The notes under the pieces were generated by a model, which was not told the DNA's origin, did not search any database, and saw only the letters and a list, made by a program, of their open reading frames with translations. A DNA stretch of 64,000 nt, from the IMG/VR virus record IMGVR_UViG_2974496990_000001, positions 47,606 through 111,605 of that record; one strand, 5' to 3'. The first letter of the stretch is position 1. Every line of letters begins with the position of its first letter. Origin of the DNA: a virus. Shown here piece after piece: positions 44,401 to 54,796 of the stretch. A program made the position numbers and the translations under genes.

Positions 44401-44571
44401 ATGTGGCATGGATTAAATCCTGACGAACGTAGACGTCCTATGTCGCCATTATTTGACCAGAGTGCAGTAACATTCGCTCAGTGGCGTGCATTAGTTGATA
44501 AACGTTTGAAAGATGATGTTGGCCATCCACGTGACCCACAGAACCCAACACAGGTAAAAGTAGATGAATAA
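41476..44571 (+). CDS. 7: Baseplate wedge gp7
   Basis: MTVKAPSVTSLRI..LSANQV; 1031 aa; HPVGFGF. Confidence 0.95.
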   Translation: MTVKAPSVTSLRIDKLSANQVHIRWDNVGANFYYFVEITSTRNDAGPLDPSKYNWRALGYTPDNDWFEDDTLSPLNYYKMRVSVAAKGFEQSDWETTEEFQTFATNAYTFTHMREFNLVTKFIQEKFVLNNGYIDFNKDQIIASLMSEDFQFSPSYVDISSIKNFVLQEDEFHEIQGPIQKVCSDDLERIMLAELGGVLYEFERFQPMVKVSNDKGQNWKYVKLLTDRAGNPVSKVPYYQTITTTYLLGYDRVFYGRKSNDVRWSSDTVKMSSQDVTFAKIGDQLKLGFDVEIFGTYARLPLAVSTIAEAMTVSDDFIYVAGRGKVYKAKVTNAPIDLDPGSPSFGEKLFETGFSTIVDNTKAVCFKMDSVQGNTYALITGEVKEEGQDPTIPSNVISSESKGVYLLDPETDVWTRVFGNTEEERRRIEHGWTSMGANGDEVYFSSSNFAYQVENDPEVVQKYPDQVNEGVKFVYEPQYIHDKHYLMMSFRTSAENGWTEFKPGRMDYYAEPFFAWSRRDKTRCWITNSRRCMVVYEDMLYQKVVDEFGSGSPDRIIHETWDKGHVTVTCPNIEFQGFKRYASGIMLHKNTGELIGYFEFDYRVRDEVRLIWKPKEIMFTADLQGQEREIPWTPEVTNKERDPDLRPLLNKMMPDSYLLQDTNFEKFCEYYLQFLSDGSGTYYNNLLNLIRDQYPREEDAWNYLWSEIYKRNIYLSKDKRDEVVRFFEARQSDFWMTKGTEASYKFLFKLLYNEDVEIDIESKNTTEYDILVESDNINEDIVGQTIYTKTGRSNVTYLERYYNEGKLQWRVTIHNLLGNFNAGQEILSERTAFKGMIIRGVRGKELLSNTIEYINRNRSYYVMTIKSNLPTSRYRGDVLRFVHPVGFGFIGITLLTMFINAGLTLKHVETILNIYKNYRWDAGLPSVYPDRVAVMDSNGDVERDPVTGEVRYDTPPNAGLPFPIRPDYIDENNNSMWHGLNPDERRRPMSPLFDQSAVTFAQWRALVDKRLKDDVGHPRDPQNPTQVKVDE

Positions 44572-45574
44572 CTCTTCAGTAGTTTACCGTTCGATTATAA
44601 CTTCAAAGTTCAGAACGGAAAAGATGTTAAACTTCTATCAAACTATCGGTGATGGTGAAGACCAGAATACGATGTATGTAACATTCGGCCGCTCAGAACC
44701 TTGGGCGGCAAACGAGAATGACCCTGGCTTTGCACCACCATATCCGGTTGATGATGTAGAAGGTGTAGAAGATATGTGGACCCACATGATGGGTTCTGTA
44801 AAAGTTTATAAGAGTATGCTGGATTCTATTATCCCTCGTAAAGATTGGGGCGATGTTCGTTATCCGAACCCAAGAAACTTCCAGATTGGCGATATCATAG
44901 TTGCAAACTCTGCTCCATATAACCGAACTGATGCCGGTTCTGGCTGGATGGTTTATCGTTGTGTTGATATTCCTGATGAAGGTACATGCTCTATTTTCAG
45001 TATTACCGAAAAGCATGAGTGTATTAAGCTAGGTGGTATTTGGACTTCAGATGCATCAAGTATGCGTCCGCCTTCAGGTACACGAGATACCGAAGGTGAC
45101 AATATCATTAATATGGGTGATGGTTACTTATGGGAATATCTCTATGAGATTCCACCTGACGTAAGTATTAACCGTTGCACAAACGAATATATTGTTGTTC
45201 CATGGCCTGAAGAAGTCAGAGCTGACCCTGAACGTTGGGGTTATGAAAATAATCTTACCTGGGAACAGGATGATTATGGAATAGTGTTCAGGGTAAAAGC
45301 TAATACTATTCGATTCAAAGCTTTCTTGGACTCGGTTTATTTCCCTGAATTCAGTTTGCCAGGTAACAAAGGTTTCCGTCAAATTTCTATCATAAGCAAT
45401 CCGCTTGAAAAGAAAGTTATTCCTAGTGACCCTAATGTCAAGGCAATCAAAGAGTATTATGATGCTGTAGATATGGAACGTCATTCAGGTGAAATGATTT
45501 ACATGGAAAACCGTCCTCCTGTTATTCGTTCAATGGACCAGACAGAAGAAGTTAACATTATTTTTGAATTTTAA
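44564..45574 (+). CDS. 8: Baseplate wedge gp8
   Basis: SSVVYRSIITSKFRT; GYLWEYLYEIPPD; ENRPP..RS.DQTEE. Confidence 0.95.
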   Translation: MNNSSVVYRSIITSKFRTEKMLNFYQTIGDGEDQNTMYVTFGRSEPWAANENDPGFAPPYPVDDVEGVEDMWTHMMGSVKVYKSMLDSIIPRKDWGDVRYPNPRNFQIGDIIVANSAPYNRTDAGSGWMVYRCVDIPDEGTCSIFSITEKHECIKLGGIWTSDASSMRPPSGTRDTEGDNIINMGDGYLWEYLYEIPPDVSINRCTNEYIVVPWPEEVRADPERWGYENNLTWEQDDYGIVFRVKANTIRFKAFLDSVYFPEFSLPGNKGFRQISIISNPLEKKVIPSDPNVKAIKEYYDAVDMERHSGEMIYMENRPPVIRSMDQTEEVNIIFEF

Positions 45575-45615
45575 ATAAAAGGCAAGAAAGTCTTGCCTTA
45601 AAACAAGGAAACAAA

Positions 45616-46071
45616 ATGGCATCTAGTTATTATAAGTTTAGTATACAGCCTAATCCGGAATTTGGAACTTCTTTTTACAGAGCATTAAGTAAAGAAAAAC
45701 CATTTTCAGATGCAGTCGTTGATAAAATGTTTTTAAATGTTAAAAAGACTGATATGGATAAAGCATTAGATCGATTTTTAAGAACAGTTTTAGAACAAGC
45801 TTATTATCCGCCAGCCATTTCTCAAGCTTCTATAACATTTGAACTTGGTGTTCCTGGATTAGCATCTAAAAGGAATTCTCCTGAATATGCAAATGAAGTT
45901 TGCCAGTTTGTAAGAGATTGTGGTGTTCATGGATTTACTTTCTTTAAAGTTAATAAAACTGAAAGCCCTATTAAATTTTACGGTGAAGACCCTAATGAGT
46001 GTGTTCAACGTTTTGTAAATTCAAATGTTAAACCTACTGTAGACCAGAATATTGAAAGGAACAATGCATGA
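45616..46071 (+). CDS. Hypothetical protein inserted between genes 8 and 9
   Basis: 151 aa with AAGGA SD; AT-rich. Confidence 0.7.
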   Translation: MASSYYKFSIQPNPEFGTSFYRALSKEKPFSDAVVDKMFLNVKKTDMDKALDRFLRTVLEQAYYPPAISQASITFELGVPGLASKRNSPEYANEVCQFVRDCGVHGFTFFKVNKTESPIKFYGEDPNECVQRFVNSNVKPTVDQNIERNNA

Positions 46072-46346
46072 TTACACCAATCCAAGTTAACTCGGACAAA
46101 TATATTGCAGGATTATATCTTTATATTAAAGGTGGTTATACATTAGAAAATTCTGTTATGGAAGCGTCTAAAACTGCTAAATCATATTCTGATATAAGCG
46201 TAACTATAGACCTTTTATCATCCGAAATGACTGATAAACAGTGTGATTATTTTGCCGAACTTGCTCAAGACCTTTTAATACGAACTGGATTCCCAAATGC
46301 TTCTTTTGAAAAATTAGAACTATACGTTTATAAGTTTTCTTTGTAA
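46068..46346 (+). CDS. Hypothetical protein inserted between genes 8 and 9
   Basis: 92 aa, ATGA overlap with the previous ORF. Confidence 0.7.
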   Translation: MITPIQVNSDKYIAGLYLYIKGGYTLENSVMEASKTAKSYSDISVTIDLLSSEMTDKQCDYFAELAQDLLIRTGFPNASFEKLELYVYKFSL

Positions 46347-46349
46347 ATT

Positions 46350-46370
46350 AAGGGACCGCAAGGTCCCTTT
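46350..46370 (+). terminator. Rho-independent terminator
   Basis: AAGGGACC-GCAA-GGTCCCTTT. Confidence 0.8.
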
Positions 46371-46376
46371 CGGGTC

Positions 46377-46384
46377 TATAAATA
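46377..46384 (+). promoter_or_regulatory. Late promoter of gene 9
   Basis: TATAAATA. Confidence 0.8.
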
Positions 46385-46412
46385 AATCTATAAACTAATA
46401 GTGAGGCAGGAT

Positions 46413-47276
46413 ATGATTGCTCAAGACCCTAAACAACTAATTGACATCGGTGAGATCGGTAACGCCTCTACCGGTGATATTCTCTATGAAGGCGGTAAAA
46501 AATTAAATGAAAACCTGAATGCGTTGTATAACATATTTGGTGACCAGAGACTTTTTGTTAATGATTCTGGTGACAAAGTCCAAAAACTACATGCAACAGG
46601 TTATTATCAAAAATTATCTGTCGTTGATTGGCAAGCTCAGATACCTTTAGGTTCATTATGTGATGTTGATGCTTCTACAGGTGTCATTACGGCAAGATTA
46701 GCCAAGGGTAAACTCGGTGAAGGCATGGTGTTTATTAACTCAAATGGAAGCATCAGCCCTACTAATTACTTTGAAATTCAGGCATTTGATTCTTTTGTTT
46801 CTGTGCCGTCAGGTAATTTAAAAATCACGCAACCATTCTGTAAAGTTACAGTTTGGTGTGTTTCATCTGAAGGTGGTATTTCTAAATGGGATTACTCAAT
46901 TGAAAGCATGTTTGGTAATAAACATGTACCATTAGATAAGACGTTCACTTTAAGTTCTGCACAACGTGAAATTCCTATAGCGCCAATTAATACATACCAG
47001 ACAATTAAACTTTTCCTGACATGTGCGTCTACAGATGGATTGAAAGTCAAGACATCAGAAGTGATGCTTTATATTGATTCTAAAGCTTCTAAAGTTTACT
47101 CTACCGAATATGCAGTGATTCGTAAAGGTAACGTGAACGAAGATGATGAAATATATTCGATTAACTACATATTTGATAACAACGGATTTATTTCTGCAGT
47201 AGCATCCAGTACGACTCAGAACATGCAATTAGCTATCAAGGTCGTTAGCACACAATCATTTGGGGTTCCAGTATAA
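46413..47276 (+). CDS. 9: Baseplate wedge, long-tail-fibre connector gp9
   Basis: QDPKQLIDIGEIGNASTGDILYEGG.K.N. Confidence 0.93.
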   Translation: MIAQDPKQLIDIGEIGNASTGDILYEGGKKLNENLNALYNIFGDQRLFVNDSGDKVQKLHATGYYQKLSVVDWQAQIPLGSLCDVDASTGVITARLAKGKLGEGMVFINSNGSISPTNYFEIQAFDSFVSVPSGNLKITQPFCKVTVWCVSSEGGISKWDYSIESMFGNKHVPLDKTFTLSSAQREIPIAPINTYQTIKLFLTCASTDGLKVKTSEVMLYIDSKASKVYSTEYAVIRKGNVNEDDEIYSINYIFDNNGFISAVASSTTQNMQLAIKVVSTQSFGVPV

Positions 47277-49090
47277 TGAAACAAAATATCAAAATTGGTA
47301 ACGTAGTAGATGACGGTACTGGTGACTACCTTCGCCAAGGTGGCTTAAAAATTAATGAAAACTTTGACGAGTTGTACTATCAATTAGGCGATGGTGCTAC
47401 ACCTCATGCCGCCGGTGCTTGGAAGAAACATTCGAGCGCTACAAGTGCAACTTTAGATGCAGAGTTTGGCCACAGCTACACAATTGACACTACTCCTGGT
47501 CGTTGCACAGTTAAACTCCCTAAAGGGACCGCAGCAGAATATAACTTCGTAATCCGTCTGCGCGACGTTTATTCTACTTGGCAACTTAACCCAGTTACTA
47601 TTCTTCCTGCTACCGGTGATACCATTAAAGGTTCTCCTAATGCAGTAGAAATTAAACGTAACCTTTCAGACCTTGAATTGGTCTACTGTTCTCCTGGTCG
47701 TTGGGAATACATTAACAACAAATCAATCGACCGTATTGATAATAATGACGTTGCAACAGTAGCTTCCCAGGAATATATTGCGACTGAAGGTCAAACTGAC
47801 TTCATGAATATATTCCCGGCTCATGGTTATAACCCTGTGAACCTTAAAGTCTATCATCGTGGTAACGTTCTGTTCTACGGTAAAGATGGTATTTTCGATG
47901 CAACGAATGCTGAAGTAGGTTCACCAGGAACGGCGCCTGGACAACTTATTGCATATGATGGTAAAAACATCAGACTGCGTAATGCGTGTAAAGCAGGCGA
48001 CACAGTAATCATCGTATCGTATATGGATGGTCTCGGCCAATGGCGTAGTTCTTATAATCGCCGTCAGGTCCGTGTACTTGATTCGGCCAGAACAAACAAA
48101 ACATCCGTAAATGGTTCTGTTATTGTTGATGACCTGGCTAACAAACTGATTTACACAGTAGAAGAACTTGGCATCAATGCAAGTCAGCCAGTTAACCCTA
48201 ATGCGTGTGAACTGACCATTAACAGTACGCTTCAAAACCAGGCAGGTACTGCAGGTCTTCCATTATTCCGTTGTGAAGGTGCCGAAGGTGAAACTGAAGA
48301 AGTATGTTTTGCTAATAATGGTACTTGGGTTTATTCTGCCACTGACTTCGTATTTGAAATGGACGATACGGGTCTTAAAATTGAATCGGTTCGTTTTGAT
48401 AAGCCTTTAGAACATGATGATGTTATAGGTCTTATTTGGTATAACAATAACATCGGTACTACTCTTGAGATTGAAGAAATCTTGGCGGTAACCGATGATC
48501 GTTATATTTCAGGTACAGAGCCTATTACTCTGACTGGCCAGGTTCGAATCACTGATTTAGATAATCCATTTTCTCCTAATGTGGAAGCTGTAGCCGAAAC
48601 AGAATTTAAACCGAGCTCTGTGGGTGCTTTATTTGAACTGTTTTATCCAGTAGGAACCGTATATGAAAACACGGTGAACCCAAATAACCCTTCAACATTT
48701 ATGGGCTTTGGTTATTGGAAGAGATTAGAAGATCGTGTTCATGTTGGTTGGTCTGCTGATGCAGGTACCAAATTTAACCTGAACAATAACGACCTTGATT
48801 CGTTTGGTAATCCACGTGCTACGGCTGGTGGTACTGGCGGTTCTACAACCGTTACCTTGAAATCTCAGAATATTCCTAAATTACTTACTGATGATAAAGT
48901 TCTTATCGTAGACCCTAACGGTCCTATTATTGTAGGTGGTTGTCAGTTTGACCCTGATTCACAAGGTCCTGCTTATACTAAATACCGTGAAGATTACGCT
49001 ACTATTAACAAAATACAAGACCCGGTTGCGGTGGCAGTTGATACCATGAACCCGTATCTTGTTGTTCATCGTTGGGTGAGGGTTTCTTAA
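47276..49090 (+). CDS. 10: Baseplate wedge and tail pin gp10
   Basis: MKQNIKIGNVVDDGTGDYLRQGG. Confidence 0.95.
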   Translation: MKQNIKIGNVVDDGTGDYLRQGGLKINENFDELYYQLGDGATPHAAGAWKKHSSATSATLDAEFGHSYTIDTTPGRCTVKLPKGTAAEYNFVIRLRDVYSTWQLNPVTILPATGDTIKGSPNAVEIKRNLSDLELVYCSPGRWEYINNKSIDRIDNNDVATVASQEYIATEGQTDFMNIFPAHGYNPVNLKVYHRGNVLFYGKDGIFDATNAEVGSPGTAPGQLIAYDGKNIRLRNACKAGDTVIIVSYMDGLGQWRSSYNRRQVRVLDSARTNKTSVNGSVIVDDLANKLIYTVEELGINASQPVNPNACELTINSTLQNQAGTAGLPLFRCEGAEGETEEVCFANNGTWVYSATDFVFEMDDTGLKIESVRFDKPLEHDDVIGLIWYNNNIGTTLEIEEILAVTDDRYISGTEPITLTGQVRITDLDNPFSPNVEAVAETEFKPSSVGALFELFYPVGTVYENTVNPNNPSTFMGFGYWKRLEDRVHVGWSADAGTKFNLNNNDLDSFGNPRATAGGTGGSTTVTLKSQNIPKLLTDDKVLIVDPNGPIIVGGCQFDPDSQGPAYTKYREDYATINKIQDPVAVAVDTMNPYLVVHRWVRVS

Positions 49091-49752
49091 TGTTTAGTTT
49101 AACACGTTCTAAGGCGGGATTAGTTTCTCGCCTTGCAGATTATCTGCAATTCCGTACAAATCCTAAAAAGCCTGCATTCGTTGCAGGCCAAAGACCTTTA
49201 GGTGCGGCAAACGTTTCTGCAACTTCTAAGGGTATTTTTTATCCTACTGTTCAAGGCGCTATTGATGATTTAGCCGGTCGTTGTGAACTTCCGATAGATT
49301 CGGTTATCATGAACGTTTCTGGTACCGCTCCACGCGTTATTAACCAGTCGGACCAATTAGCTTTTACAGGTGATGTTATTGGTGAAGTTGGAACTCAAAT
49401 AATGATTTACGTATTTGGCTTCCCTGTTATTGTCGAAGGTGGTGATTCATCTATTGCCGTTGCTTCTAAAGTCCAAGCTGTATTAGCTGAAGCGGTTATT
49501 TCTGGGACGGCTATTGCATCAGTAGAAGTAGATGCAACAGATGCTTCTATATTAAATATTACATACAACGACTACCAAGACCATGTATTTGAGCCCGAAT
49601 CACAATATGGTGTCACAATGACTCAAACTACAGTTGTTGAACCTCAGCCTGGATATGGTGATTGGGAATGGCTTGGCAGTGCTGCTCAAACTCTTGCAGG
49701 CGGTTCCGTTGATGGCACAATTACCTTCCATTATTTTAAACGGACGGCATAA
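49090..49752 (+). CDS. 11: Baseplate wedge gp11
   Basis: SRLADYL.F; ends YFKRTA; TAATG overlap. Confidence 0.9.
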   Translation: MFSLTRSKAGLVSRLADYLQFRTNPKKPAFVAGQRPLGAANVSATSKGIFYPTVQGAIDDLAGRCELPIDSVIMNVSGTAPRVINQSDQLAFTGDVIGEVGTQIMIYVFGFPVIVEGGDSSIAVASKVQAVLAEAVISGTAIASVEVDATDASILNITYNDYQDHVFEPESQYGVTMTQTTVVEPQPGYGDWEWLGSAAQTLAGGSVDGTITFHYFKRTA

Positions 49753-51326
49753 TGGCAACTAATACACTAAATCACGTAAGTGATGCATCGATTTATAAAA
49801 CATTTAATCCTGCTGGTACGGCATTTCCTTCCAGCATTACAAACGTTCAGGCCGCATTAGCGGCCATTAACCAACAGGCCGTAGATGGTATTCCTGGAGC
49901 TACTCAAACTATTATTGGTATTAGCCGTTTTGCTAACCAATCTGAGGTAGATGCAGGCGTATTGACAAACGTGGCTGTTTCACCGGCTACTTTAAAATCT
50001 ACCGTAACCCGTCCTCAGGCTTCAGAAACCGTAGTTGGTCTTACTCGTTATGCTACTGATGCCGAAGCAGTTGCTGGTACTTTACGTGATGCAGCCATTG
50101 TCCCAGCTAGTCTTAAAGCACATACTAACGATCTTTTCACTCGTGTATTTGCTCGTCAGGCAACAGAAACTGCAACCGGTGTTGCAAAGATTTCTACTAA
50201 CGCCGCAGCATTAGCCGGTACCGATGATACCACTATTATGACCCCTAAGAAGACGTTAGCAGCAATTAATAATGCTACGTCTAAGATTCCATCACCATCT
50301 ATTGCAACCACCACCTCAAATGGCCTGGTACGTATTGCACTGCCTGGTGAAGTTATTGCTGGGACTCTTGATAATGGTATTGCTGTTTCTCCTAAAGGAT
50401 TAGCGAGCCTTATTTCTACGACTGATCGCCGTGGTCTTGTTGAATTAGCTACCGGTGCCGAAGTTTCTGGTGGTACTGATACTACTCGTGCTATTACACC
50501 GGCAACTCTTTTAAGTCGTACTGGTGCTGTGAACCGTCTTGGTCTGGTTAAATTAACCACGACTGTAGGTTCCGGCGATGGTTCTACTGCGTTAGCTTAT
50601 AATGCCGATGTTGTCCATCTTCGTGGTGGTCAAACAATCAATGGTAACTTAGGATTAACCGGACAAATTACCGCAGGCAACTTCAACTTAACCGGTTCTG
50701 GTACTATTGGCGGTAATTTAAACGTTGTTGGTAACCTTACTCGTAATGGCCGCCAAGTTGTTACCGTCGATATGATTGGTGATGATGTTCCAGTCGGTGT
50801 AATTATGATGTGGGCCGGTCCATTGAACCGTGTTCCGGCTAAATGGCGTCAAGCCGATGGTTGGGCAGGATATATCGGCAATAGTGCTTATGCAACTCTC
50901 CAATCTATATTCCCTAGTGGAATTCCTGATATGCGTGGTTTATTTGTTCGTGGTGCAGGTGTTGGTGTTCATATTACCAGCCAAGTAGGTACGGATTCAA
51001 AAGGTAAACCTAAATTAGGTAATGGTTGTGGCGGTGGTGCAGTAGGCGCAGTTCAAGCCCAAATGGTTCGTACTCACAAACATGAATCTGGTTGGGGTGA
51101 ACACCACACTCGTCCTGAAGCTCGTAACGGTTGTACTGTTCGTAACGGTTATAAAGGTTCTAATAAAACCGATAACGATAACTACAAATACTTCACTAAT
51201 GACGGTGCCGAAGTAGAAGCGGCTAATATTCGTGATGCTTTCGGAACAATGAACTCTGAAGGCCTGATGGGCGCAGAAAACCGTCCGTGGAATATGTCGG
51301 TTTATTACATTATCAAAATACAGTAA
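49752..51326 (+). CDS. 12: Short tail fibre gp12
   Basis: NVQAALAAI, ATET..G repeats, PDMRGLFVRG, HKHESGWGE, ENRPWNMSVYYIIK. Confidence 0.93.
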   Translation: MATNTLNHVSDASIYKTFNPAGTAFPSSITNVQAALAAINQQAVDGIPGATQTIIGISRFANQSEVDAGVLTNVAVSPATLKSTVTRPQASETVVGLTRYATDAEAVAGTLRDAAIVPASLKAHTNDLFTRVFARQATETATGVAKISTNAAALAGTDDTTIMTPKKTLAAINNATSKIPSPSIATTTSNGLVRIALPGEVIAGTLDNGIAVSPKGLASLISTTDRRGLVELATGAEVSGGTDTTRAITPATLLSRTGAVNRLGLVKLTTTVGSGDGSTALAYNADVVHLRGGQTINGNLGLTGQITAGNFNLTGSGTIGGNLNVVGNLTRNGRQVVTVDMIGDDVPVGVIMMWAGPLNRVPAKWRQADGWAGYIGNSAYATLQSIFPSGIPDMRGLFVRGAGVGVHITSQVGTDSKGKPKLGNGCGGGAVGAVQAQMVRTHKHESGWGEHHTRPEARNGCTVRNGYKGSNKTDNDNYKYFTNDGAEVEAANIRDAFGTMNSEGLMGAENRPWNMSVYYIIKIQ

Positions 51327-51335
51327 GGAATAAAA

Positions 51336-52997
51336 ATGTTAAACAAACTGGAACTCAAAAAACTTCCGTTTGTTGATGACTGTCCTGAAGCTGACCAGAA
51401 GCGCATCCGTTGGGTGCGCAATGGTGAACTGCTCACGGCCGCATCGACTAAGTACGGTAATGATGGCGTGCTTAATGAATCCGGAGTAGGTATCTTTACG
51501 GACGTCCTTACTCTTGAGGATAATGCTAACGCTACTAAAGATTCACTTAATCTGGTTATTGACAACGTCAATAATATCAATGAAGCCCTTGAAATGGGTA
51601 GCGACGTTGATATTATCAAACAGATTAATACGAACAAAGAGAACATTGAAATTCTCCAAGTTCATATGCAATTCGCAGAAACAAATATTGGTGAACTTGA
51701 AACCGATACAGAATTTCTGAAAGAAGATGTCGGTGTTTATGACCCTTCTAAAGATAATACTTATCGCCCTATCCGTAATGATTTAGTATTCATCAAAACT
51801 GAAATGGGTAACTATCCTGACCAGGATATGAACGGTAATACTGAGATTGGTAAACAGTCTACTGGTATGAAGCGTCGTATTATCGACAACAGTTCGGCCA
51901 TCGTTAATACTATTGCTCGTGTCCAGAAATTAGAAGACTATTATCAGGATTCTGATGTAGGTTCATTAAGTATTAAAGTAAATGAGCTTCGTGAAGAAGT
52001 AGGTCCTCGTACAGAATCTATTGGTAAGCCGGCAATTTATTCTCGTTTGACTACTCTCGAGACTGGTCAAGCCGGTTTGAAAGTTGAAATGGTCGATGTA
52101 AAGACCGCCATTAACTTTGGTTCAGGTCCTACTATTGCAACTCGTATGACCAATGCCGAGACTCGTTTAACCGGATTAGAAACCATTGTTTCTGCTCCTA
52201 TTACAGGCCTTGTTCCTCGAGTAACTGCTAACGAAAATGCTATTGGTACTGCAGCACAGCCATTATCCATTAATGGACGTTTGAGCACTCTTCGCACAGA
52301 TTTAGATGCTTTGTCTATTGTCGTCGGTAAAGATTCAAGTTCTGGTCTTCGTGGACAGGTTACTTGGCTTACTCAAACAATGGGTACGGAAATTAACCCG
52401 GCACCTACTTCTGTTCAAGGTCGTTTAAAAGTTGTTGAAACTCGTTCATTGGCTTCTGCTACTGCCATCCAGGATATTCAGACTGAAATTGGTAATAACA
52501 ATAGTGGTTTGAAAGGCGCAGTGAACCGTCATACTCGTCAATTAGATGGTACAAACCCTAACGGTAGTACTGTTGAAGAACGCGGTGTTGTTTTAAGTTG
52601 TAAACAGCTTGAAACTAAAGTTGCTTCTCAGCTTCCAGACGCACCAAGTGATGGACAGGAATATGTTCGTAAAAATGCCGCTTGGGCTGTAGCTTCTGCG
52701 TTTTCTGGCACTGCAGATATCGCTCAGTTAAAAATTGATGTTGCCGGTCTTAGTTCACGAATGACGGCAGTTGAACTTAAAGCAAATGCCAATGCATCGG
52801 ATATAGAATCTTTAAGTGATGAAGTTCGTAATATTCAAACCGACATTTCTGATTTAGTTGATATTCGTTCAGATATTACGGCCCTTCAACAGGCTGTAGC
52901 AACAAAAATTGATGAGGCTCCTTCTGATGGTGAAGCATATGTTCGTAAAGACGGTGCATGGGTTCTCTTAAGCACATTCTTAACACCAACTCCATAA
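51336..52997 (+). CDS. wac: Fibritin (whisker antigen control)
   Basis: LKKLPFVD...RIRWVRNGE, segmented coiled coil, C-terminal foldon APSDGEAYVRKDGAWVLLSTFL. Confidence 0.93.
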   Translation: MLNKLELKKLPFVDDCPEADQKRIRWVRNGELLTAASTKYGNDGVLNESGVGIFTDVLTLEDNANATKDSLNLVIDNVNNINEALEMGSDVDIIKQINTNKENIEILQVHMQFAETNIGELETDTEFLKEDVGVYDPSKDNTYRPIRNDLVFIKTEMGNYPDQDMNGNTEIGKQSTGMKRRIIDNSSAIVNTIARVQKLEDYYQDSDVGSLSIKVNELREEVGPRTESIGKPAIYSRLTTLETGQAGLKVEMVDVKTAINFGSGPTIATRMTNAETRLTGLETIVSAPITGLVPRVTANENAIGTAAQPLSINGRLSTLRTDLDALSIVVGKDSSSGLRGQVTWLTQTMGTEINPAPTSVQGRLKVVETRSLASATAIQDIQTEIGNNNSGLKGAVNRHTRQLDGTNPNGSTVEERGVVLSCKQLETKVASQLPDAPSDGQEYVRKNAAWAVASAFSGTADIAQLKIDVAGLSSRMTAVELKANANASDIESLSDEVRNIQTDISDLVDIRSDITALQQAVATKIDEAPSDGEAYVRKDGAWVLLSTFLTPTP

Positions 52998-53000
52998 CAA

Positions 53001-53030
53001 AAGGGCTTCGGCCCTTTTTTCGTATAAATA
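53001..53030 (+). terminator. Terminator followed by the late promoter of gene 13
   Basis: AAGGGC-TTCG-GCCCTTTTTT, then TATAAATA at 53023-53030. Confidence 0.85.
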
Positions 53031-53054
53031 CGGTTATTAATAAGAGGACTCCTT

Positions 53055-53978
53055 ATGGCTACTGAATCTTACAACCCTAAACAGCTCAAGGACGCCATCT
53101 TGCGCCGCCTGGGCGCACCAATAGTAAATATTGAAGTTACTACTGACCAAGTATACGATTGCATCCAGCGCGCTCTAGAGCTATACGGTGAGTACCATTA
53201 TGATGGGTTCAATAAAAACTATTTGGCTTTCCATATTGGCGATGACGATTTAGCTCGTGACTTAGTATTCGATCTTTCGGATAAACGAGTTTTTGCTGTT
53301 ACACAAATTATTCGTACTAATGTTGGTTCATTAACTTCAATGGACGGACAAGCAACTTATCCATGGTTCACTGATTTCGTATTAGGCCTGGCAGGTATTA
53401 ATGGTGGCATGGGCTCTTCATGTAATACTTTTGGCCCTAATGCCTTTGGTGCTGATTTGTCTTATTTTACCCAGTTAATGCAATATCGTTCTATGATGCA
53501 GGACATCATGACTCCATTGCCTGATTATTGGTATAATGACGACACAGGACAATTAAAAGTAATGGGTAACCTTCGTAAAGGCGACGTTCTTATAATTGAA
53601 GTTTACACTCAAAGTTTTGTTGATGTTGACGCTATGGCAGGTGGTACTGCTGGATATGGTTATGCAGGCGTGCCTAAAGATAATTGGTCATTAAGTGATC
53701 GTTACGACGACCCATATCGCACTATGCCAGGTATTCGTGCTGGTGAAACGACTCAGCCAAAACAAGGTGCATATAATAACCGTTGGGTTAAAGATTATGC
53801 TACAGCACTTGTTAAAGAAGTGAACGGTAATATTTTAGCCAGGCACCAAGGTATGCAATTGCCTGGTGGCGTGACTGTTGACGGTATGCGGTTAATTGAA
53901 GAGGCTCGAATGGAAAAAGAAAGACTCCGTGACGAACTCGATCTTTTGGACCCACCATTTGGTATTCTGGTAGGTTAA
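53055..53978 (+). CDS. 13: Neck protein gp13
   Basis: [22 protein letters not shown]. Confidence 0.95.
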   Translation: MATESYNPKQLKDAILRRLGAPIVNIEVTTDQVYDCIQRALELYGEYHYDGFNKNYLAFHIGDDDLARDLVFDLSDKRVFAVTQIIRTNVGSLTSMDGQATYPWFTDFVLGLAGINGGMGSSCNTFGPNAFGADLSYFTQLMQYRSMMQDIMTPLPDYWYNDDTGQLKVMGNLRKGDVLIIEVYTQSFVDVDAMAGGTAGYGYAGVPKDNWSLSDRYDDPYRTMPGIRAGETTQPKQGAYNNRWVKDYATALVKEVNGNILARHQGMQLPGGVTVDGMRLIEEARMEKERLRDELDLLDPPFGILVG

Positions 53979-53979
53979 T

Positions 53980-54753
53980 ATGGCTACTTATGATTCAAGT
54001 TTATTTGCCAAGTTAGAAAATGACACAGGCTATAATAAGACAAACGAAAGTGAAATACTCAATCCTTACGTAAACTTTAACAACTATCAAAACACCCAGA
54101 CTTTGGCTGATGTTATTGTTGCTGAAAGTATTCAGATGCGTGGAATTGAAATGTATTACATCCCACGTCAGTTTGTTAAACCTGATATTATTTTTGGTGA
54201 AGACCCTCAATCTAAATTTGACAAGGCCTGGAAGTTTGCGGCTTATCTTGATAGCTTTGATGGTTATTCTGGTGACAATACTTATTTCAGTAAATTCGGT
54301 ATGATGGTCAATGATGAAGTTACGTTAACCATTAACCCTAATCTATTCAAGCACCAAACAAACGGTAAAGAACCTATTGCCGGTGACTTAGTTTATTTCC
54401 CTATGGATAATAGTTTGTTTGAAATAAATTGGGTCCAACCATACGACCCGTTTTATCAGATGGGTCAGAATGCCATGCGTAAAATAACGGCTACTAAGTT
54501 CGTTTATTCTGGCGAAGAACTTAAACCAGAGCTTCAGCGAAATGAAGGAATTAACATTCCTGAGTTCAGCGAACTCGATTTGATGCCTGTTCAGAATATC
54601 GATGGCTTGGCCGATATCGATAATGACCAGTATGCAGAAAGTAAAGCTTTCAATGATGAAGCGGAAACATTTGTTGAACCGTATATTGTTATCAATGGCC
54701 GAGGTCGAGAAGCTCCTCCTAAAGGTCCTTTTGATGATGATTTCATGTCATAA
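53980..54753 (+). CDS. 14: Neck protein gp14
   Basis: LFAKLEN..GY; ESIQMRG; GDLVYFPM. Confidence 0.95.
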   Translation: MATYDSSLFAKLENDTGYNKTNESEILNPYVNFNNYQNTQTLADVIVAESIQMRGIEMYYIPRQFVKPDIIFGEDPQSKFDKAWKFAAYLDSFDGYSGDNTYFSKFGMMVNDEVTLTINPNLFKHQTNGKEPIAGDLVYFPMDNSLFEINWVQPYDPFYQMGQNAMRKITATKFVYSGEELKPELQRNEGINIPEFSELDLMPVQNIDGLADIDNDQYAESKAFNDEAETFVEPYIVINGRGREAPPKGPFDDDFMS

Positions 54754-54796
54754 ATAAAGCATATAACAGCCCGGGAAACCGGGCTTAGGAGAAATA

